From: the human T2T-CHM13v2.0 reference genome, Homo sapiens
DNA: 64,000 nt
Direction: 5' to 3' (one strand)
NCBI RefSeq assembly: GCF_009914755.1
Contig: NC_060948.1
Shown: piece by piece, positions 56,601 to 64,000 of the stretch
Layout: each line of letters starts with the position of its first letter
How positions within the stretch are numbered: the first letter of the stretch is position 1
Program-made: the position numbers and the translations under genes
The notes under the pieces: generated by a model
The model's database searches: none
Told to the model about the DNA's origin: nothing
Seen by the model: only the letters and a program-made list of their open reading frames with translations

Positions 56601-59600
56601 CGGTAATGGAATGGACTCGAATAGAATGGACACGAATGCTCAAATTGAATGGACTCGAATGGAATGGAAACGAAAGGAATGTCATCGAATGGAATTGAAT
56701 CGATTGGAATGAAATCGCATAGAATGGAGTGGAATCAAATGGAATTGAATCGAAAGGAAAGGAAGCGAATGGACTGAAATGAAATGGAATGGAATTGAAT
56801 GGAAAGTAATGCAATGGAATAGAATGGAACGAAATTTCACGGAATGGAATCAAACTGAATGGAATCAAATCAATGGAATCAAATCAAATGGAATGGAAAG
56901 GAATTGAATGGAGTAGATGGGATTGGATGGGATTGGAATGAAATGTACTGGAAAGGACTCGAATTTCATGAAACGGAATGGAATGAATTGGAACGGAATG
57001 GACTCGAATGGAATGGAATGTCATGGAATGGCATCGAATGGAATGGCATTAAATGGAATGGAATCGACTGCAATGGAATGTTATGGAATGGAATGGAATG
57101 CATTGGAATGGAATGTCCTCTAATGGAATGGATTCGAGTGGAATGGAATCGAATATAATGGAGTCGAATGAAATGGAATTGAAAGGAATGGGATCGAATA
57201 GAATGGAATATACTGGAATGTAATGTAATGAACACGAATGTAATTGACTGGAATGGAATGTACATGAATGGAAGGTAATCGAATGGAAAGTAATCCAATG
57301 GAATAGAATCTAATGCAATAAAACCGACTCAGATAGAGTAGAATGTAATGGAATGGAGTGCAGTGCAATGGAATGGAATGGAATTGAATGCAATGGAATG
57401 GAATGGAATGGAATGGAATGGGATGGAATGGGATGGAATGGTATGGAATGGATAGAAATGGACTGGAGTGAAATGGACTGGAAAGGAATGCACTCAAATT
57501 GAAAGGGCTCGAAAGGAATGGAGTCAAATGGAATGGTCTGGAATGGAATGAACACGAATGTAATGCAATCCAATAGAATGGAATCGAATGGCATGGAATA
57601 TAAAGAAATGGATTCGAAGAGAATGGAAACAAATGGAATGGAATTGAATGGAATGGAATTGAATGGAATGGGAACGAATGGAGTGAAATTGTATGCAGTA
57701 GAAGGGAATAGAATGGAATGCAAGCGAAAGGAAAGGAATGGATTGGAATGGAATGGAATTCATTGGAATGGAAGGGAATGTAGTGTAATGGACAGGCCTG
57801 GAATAAAGTGGAATGCTACGGTCTCGAATGGAATAAAAATGTATGGAATGGAATGCAATGAAACGGAATCGAATGTCATAGAATGTAATGGAATGCAAAA
57901 AAATGGAATCCAAACTCATTGACTGGAAAGGCTGGGTGTCGAAAGGAATTGACTCCAATGGAATGGAATCGAATGGAATGGAAGTGAATAGAATCGAACT
58001 AAATCGAATGGAATGGAATTGATAGGAACGGAATGGAAAGGAATGCAATGATTTGGCATGGAATGGAATCGAATGGCATCGAATGGAATGGAATGGAATG
58101 CAATGGAATGGAATGTATTAGAATGTAATGAACTTTAATGGAACGTACTCGAATGGATTCGACTGGAATGGAATGTTCTGGAAGTGAATGGACTCCAATG
58201 GAATGGATTCAAAAGGAATGGAATTGTACGGAATGGAATCTAATGGAATGGAATTAAATTTAAATGAATCAAATTGAATAGCACGGAATTGAATTGAATG
58301 GAATGGAATGCAATGGAATCTAATGAAACGGAAAGGAAAGGAATGGAATGGAATGGAATGGGCTGGAATGGAAAGGAATCGAAACGAATGGAATGGAATC
58401 GAACTGAAGAGACTGGAATGGAATGCACTGGAATGGAAGGGAGTGTAATGGAAGGTTCTCGAAAAAAATGGAATCGAATGGAATGGAATTGAATGGAACG
58501 GAATAGAGTCGAATGGAATTGAATGGAATGGAATGGACTAGAGTGAAATGGAATCGAACCACAAGGAATGGACAGGAATAGAATGGTCTCGAATTGAATG
58601 GAATCGTATGGAATGGCATCAAACGGAATGGAATGGACAGCCACGGAATGGAATGCACTCGAATGCAATGGAGTCGAAACTAATGGACTGGAATAGAATG
58701 GACTCGACTGGTACGGACTCCAATGGAATGGAATCGAATGGAAGGGAATCGAACGGAATGGACTCGAAGGGAAAAGACTGCAATGGAAAGGTCTCGAATG
58801 GAATGGAAATTAATGGAATGGAATGGAATCGAATGAAATGGAGTCAAAAGGAATGGAATCGAATGGCAAGAAATCGAATGTAATGGAATCGCAAGGAATT
58901 GATGTGAACGGAACGGAATGGAATGGAATCCAAAGGAATGGAATAGAATGGAATGGAATCGAATGGAAAGGACTCGAATGGAAATCACTCGAATAGAATG
59001 CAATTTAATAAAATAGGATCAAATGTAATAGATTGGAATGGAAAGGAATCGAAACGAAAGGAATGGAGACAGATGGAATGGAATAGAACAGCGAGCAATG
59101 GTATAGAATGGAATGGAATCATCTGGAATGGAATTGAATGGAATGGAATAATATGAAATGGAATGGAATGGAATGGAATGGAATGCCCTTGAATTAAATG
59201 GACTGGAATGGAATGGACTCGAACAGAGTGGAATGGAAAGTGTTGAGATAGAATGGAATGGACTCCTTTGGAATGGTGTAGTATGCAATGCAATCGACTG
59301 GCAGGGAATCAAATGGAATGTAATCGAATGGATTGGACTGGAATGCAATGGACTCGAATAGATTGCAAACGGAATGCAAAGGAATGGAATGGAATAGTAT
59401 GGAATGGAATGGAAAGGAATGGAGTGGAATAGACTAGAGTGGAATGGAATGGACTGGAAAGCAATGGACTGGAATGGAACTTTCTTGAATGGACTGGAAT
59501 CAAACGGAATGGAATGCAATGCAATCAAATGGCATGGAATAAAATAGAATGAAAGAGAATCAAATGGAATTGAATCGAATGGAATCGAATGGATTGGAAA

Positions 59601-61338
59601 GGAATAGAATGGAATGGAATGGAATGGACTCAAATGGAATGGACTAGAATGGAATGGATTCGAATGGAAGGCAAAGGAATGGAATCTATTGGAATGGACT
59701 GTAATGGAATGGAATGGAAGTGATTGGAATGGACTCGAATGGAATGGACTGCAATAGAAAGGATTCGAATGGAATGAAAAAGAATTGAATGGAATAGAAC
59801 AGAATGGAATCAAATCGAATGAAATGGAATGGAATAGAAAGGAATGGAATGAAATGGAATGGAAAGGATTCGAATGGAATGCAATCGAATGGAATGGAAT
59901 CGAACGGAATGGAATAAAATGGAAGAAAACTGGCAAGAAATGGAATCGAAATGAATGGAGTGTTATGGAACGGACTCAAAAGGAATTGAATGTAATAGAA
60001 TGGAGTGGAGTGGACTCGAATATAATGGACTGGAATGGAATGAAATCACATGGAATGGGAACGAATGGAATGGAATGGAAAGGAATGGAATCGAATGGAA
60101 AGGAATCGAATGGAAGGGAATGAAATTGAATCAACAGGAATGGAAGGGAATAGAATAGACGGTAATGGAATGGACTCGAATAGAATGGACACGAATGCTC
60201 AAATTGAATGGACTCGAATGGAATGGAAACGAAAGGAATGTCATCGAATGGAATTGAATCGATTGGAATGAAATCGCATAGAATGGAGTGGAATCAAATG
60301 GAATTGAATCGAAAGGAAAGGAAGCGAATGGACTGAAATGAAATGGAATGGAATTGAATGGAAAGTAATGCAATGGAATAGAATGGAACGAAATTTCACG
60401 GAATGGAATCAAACTGAATGGAATCAAATCAATGGAATCAAATCAAATGGAATGGAAAGGAATTGAATGGAGTAGATGGGATTGGATGGGATTGGAATGA
60501 AATGTACTGGAAAGGACTCGAATTTCATGAAACGGAATGGAATGAATTGGAACGGAATGGACTCGAATGGAATGGAATGTCATGGAATGGCATCAAATGG
60601 AATGGCATCAAATGGAATGGAATCGAATGCAATGGAATGCTATGGAATGGAATGGAATGCATTGGAATGGAATGTCCTCTAATGGAATGGATTCGAGTGG
60701 AATGGAATCGAATATAATGGAGTCGAATGAAATGGAATTGAAAGGAATGGGATCGAATACAATGGAATATACTGGAATGTAATGTAATGAACGCGAATGT
60801 AATTGACTGGAATGGAATGTACATGAATGGAATGTAATCGAATGGAAAGTAATCCAATGGAATAGAATCTAATGCAATAAAATCGACTCAGATAGAGTAG
60901 AATGTAATGGAATGGAGTGCAGTGCAATGGAATGGAATGGAATGGAATGCAATGGAATGGAATGGGATGGAATGGAATGGAATTGAATGGGATGGAATGG
61001 TATGGAATGGACAGTAATGGACTGGAGTGAAATGGACTGGAAAGGAATGGACTCAAATTGAAAGGGCTCGAAAGGAATGGAGACAAATGGAATGGTCTGG
61101 AATGGAATGAACACGAATGTAATGCAACCCAATAGAATGGAGTCGAATGGCACGGAATATAAAGAAATGGAATCGAAGAGAATGGAAACAAATGGAATGG
61201 AATTGAATGGAATGGGAACGAATGGAGTGAAATTGTATGCAGTAGAAGAGAATAGAATGGAATGCAAGCGAAAGGAAAGGAATGGATTGGAATGGAATGG
61301 AATTCATTGGAATGGAAGGGAATGTAGTGTAATCGACA
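50697..61338 (+). repeat. Three near-full-length DYZ1 units (3539, 3559, 3544 bp)
   Basis: GGCC anchors at 50697, 54236, 57795 and 61339. There is a 20-bp deletion at ~53530 and a 15-bp deletion at ~61200. Confidence 0.9.
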
Positions 61339-64000
61339 GGCCTGGAATAAAGTGGAATGCTACGGTCTCGAATGGAATAAAAATGTATGGAATGGAATGC
61401 AATGAAACGGAATCGAATGTCATAGAATGTAATGGAATGCAAAAAAATGGAATCCAAAATCATTGACTGGAAAGGCTGGGTGTCGAAAGGAATTGACTCC
61501 AATGGAATGGAATCGAATGGAATGGAAGTGAATAGAATCGAACTAAATCGAATGGAATGGAATTGATAGGAACGGAATGGAAAGGAATGCAATGATTTGG
61601 CATGGAATGGAATCGAATGGCATCGAATGGAATGGAATGGAATGCAATGGAATGGAATGTATTAGAATGTAATGAACTTTAATGGAATGTACTCGAATGG
61701 ATTCGACTGGAATGGAATGTTCTGGAAGTGAATGGACTCCAATGGAATGGATTCAAAAGGAATGGAATCGTACGGAATGGAATCTAATGGAATGGAATTA
61801 AATGGAAATGAACCAAATTGAATAGCACGGAATTGAATTGAATGGAATGGAATGCAATGGAATCTAATGAAACGGAAAGGAAAGGAATGGAATGGAATGG
61901 AATGGGCTGGAATGGAAAGGAATCGAAACGAATGGAATGGAATCGAACTGAAGAGACTGGAATGGAATGCACTGGAATGGAAGGGAGTGTAATGGAAGGT
62001 TCTCGAAAAAAATGGAATCGAATGGAATGGAATTGAATGGAACGGAATAGAGTCGAATGGAATTGAATGGAATGGAATGGACTAGAGTGAAATGGAATCG
62101 AACCACAAGGAATGGACAGGAATAGAATGGTCTCGAATTGAATGGAATCGTATGGAATGGCATCAAACGGAATGGAATGGACAGCCACGGAATGGAATGC
62201 ACTCGAATGCAATGGAGTCGAAACTAATGGACTGGAATAGAATGGACTCGACTGGTACGGACTCCAATGGAATGGAATCGAATGGAAGGGAATCGAACGG
62301 AATGGACTCGAAGGGAAAAGACTGCAATGGAAAGGTCTCGAATGGAATGGAAATTAATGGAATGGAATGGAATCGAATGAAATGGAGTCAAAAGGAATGG
62401 AATCGAATGGCAAGAAATCGAATGTAATGGAATCGCAAGGAATTGATGTGAACGGAACGGAATGGAATGGAATCCAAAGGAATGGAATAGAATGGAATGG
62501 AATCGAATGGAAAGGACTCGAATGGAAATCACTCGAATAGAATGCAATTTAATAAAATAGGATCAAATGTAATGGAATGGAATGGAAAGGAATCGAAACG
62601 AAAGGAATGGAGACAGATGGAATGGAATAGAACAGAGAGCAATGGTATAGAATGGAATGGAATCATCTGGAATGGAATTGAATGGAATGGAATAATATGA
62701 AATGGAATGGAATGGAATGGAATGGAATGCCCTTGAATTAAATGGACTGGAATGGAATGGACTCGAACAGAGTGGAATGGAAAGTGTTGAGATAGAATGG
62801 AATGGACTCCTTTGGAATGGTGTAGAATGCAATGCAATCGACTGGCAGGGAATCAAAAGGAATGTAATGGAATGGACTGGACTGGAATGCAATGGACTCG
62901 AATAGATTGGAAACGGAATGCAAAGGAATGGAATGGAATAGTATGGAATGGAATGGAAAGGAATGGAGTGGAATAGACTAGAGTGGAATGGAATGGACTG
63001 GAAAGCAATGGACTGGAATGGATCTTTCTTGAATGGACTGGAATCAATCGGAATGGAATGCAATGCAATCAAATGGCATGGAATAAAATAGAATGAAAGA
63101 GAATCAAATGGAATTGAATCGAATGGAATCGAATGGATTGGAAAGGAATAGAATGGAATGGAATGGAATTGACTCAAATGGAATGGACTAGAATGGAATG
63201 GATTCGAATGGAAGGCAAAGGAATGGAATCTATTGGAATGGACTGTAATGGAATGGAATGGAAGGGATTGGAATGGACTCGAATGGAATGGACTGCAATA
63301 GAAAGGATTCGAATGGAATGAAAAAGAATTGAATGGAATAGAACAGAATGGAATCAAATCGAATGAAATGGAATGGAATAGAAAGGAATGGAATGAAATG
63401 GAATGGAAAGGATTCGAATGGAATGCAATCGAATGGAATGGAATCGAACGGAATGGAATAAAATGGAAGAAAACTGGCAAGAAATGGAATCGAAATGAAT
63501 GGAGTGTTATGGAACGGACTCAAAAGGAATTGAATGTAATAGAATGGAGTGGAGTGGACTCGAATATAATGGACTGGAATGGAATGAAATCACATGGAAT
63601 GGGAACGAATGGAATGGAATGGAAAGGAATGGAATCGAATGGAAAGGAATCGAATGGAAGGGAATGAAATTGAATCAACAGGAATGGAAGGGAATAGAAT
63701 AGACGGTAATGGAATGGACTCGAATAGAATGGACACGAATGCTCAAATTGAATGGACTCGAATGGAATGGAAACGAAAGGAATGTCATCGAATGGAATTG
63801 AATCGATTGGAATGAAATCGCATAGAATGGAGTGGAATCAAATGGAATTGAATCGAAAGGAAAGGAAGCGAATGGACTGAAATGAAATGGAATGGAATTG
63901 AATGGAAAGTAATGCAATGGAATAGAATGGAACGAAATTTCACGGAATGGAATCAAACTGAATGGAATCAAATCAATGGAATCAAATCAAATGGAATGGA
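61339..64000 (+). repeat. Partial DYZ1 unit cut by the window end
   Basis: Starts at GGCC 61339 and is collinear with canonical units to the end of the window. Confidence 0.9.

Larger units (their letters stand above)
1..64000 (+). repeat. DYZ1: Human satellite 3 (GGAAT)n array, DYZ1-type ~3.56 kb repeat (Yq12 heterochromatin)
   Basis: Diverged GGAAT pentamers run throughout with no unique sequence. The landmark GGAATTCATTGGAATGGAAGGGAATGTAGTGTAATGGACAGGCCTGGAATAAAGTGG recurs every 3539-3584 bp in intact units, giving one EcoRI and one HaeIII site per unit. Its reverse complement (CCTGTCCATTACACTACATTCCCTTCC...) matches my recollection of the start of the 3564-bp DYZ1 HaeIII unit. The family assignment is from memory, not from a database search. 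Confidence 0.95.

Noticed and set aside
411-63971. Hundreds of ORFs up to 318 aa (IPFHS repeats on the - strand, MEWNG repeats on the + strand)
   Set aside because: (ATTCC)n and (GGAAT)n have no stop codon in any frame, so long ORFs are expected. They overlap in all frames, change with 5-bp slippage and show no domain-like content.
1-64000. CRISPR-like or other repeat-spacer array
   Set aside because: There are no unique spacers. The variable segments are mutated pentamers repeated in every unit.
1-64000. HSat2 or telomeric repeat identity
   Set aside because: There are no TTAGGG arrays and no dominant CATTCGATTC-type HSat2 pattern. The 3.56 kb unit with single EcoRI and HaeIII sites fits HSat3/DYZ1.
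1-64000. Inversion, DYZ2/Alu block or transposon insertion
   Set aside because: The GGAAT strand stays on + throughout, and I saw no Alu-like, AT-rich DYZ2-like or other non-satellite sequence.

Overview
All 64 kb is one tandem array of diverged (GGAAT)n pentamers (human satellite 3 type), in a single orientation with the purine-rich strand on +. It is organised into a ~3.56 kb unit carrying one EcoRI site (GAATTC) and one HaeIII/StuI site (AGGCCT). The unit length, these sites and the sequence around them match what I recall of DYZ1, the human Yq12 heterochromatin repeat. I found no genes, RNA genes, mobile elements or CRISPR arrays. Every listed ORF is a direct translation of the pentamer (MEWNG/IPFHS repeats). 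The informative signal is in how the array is built. The GGCC anchors lie at 71, 3620, 6734, 14294, 17863, 21432, 25011, 28574, 29989, 33568, 37136, 38551, 42130, 45698, 47113, 50697, 54236, 57795 and 61339. They reveal (i) a unit with a 440-bp deletion, (ii) two tandem 2003-bp truncated units, (iii) a young 8562-bp higher-order repeat (3579+3568+1415 bp) present about three times, and (iv) traces of an older ~7.1 kb dimer period. All large junctions keep the pentamer phase. Each intact unit also carries three perfect tripartite heat-shock elements. I do not see a new protein-coding system. All coordinates were counted by hand.
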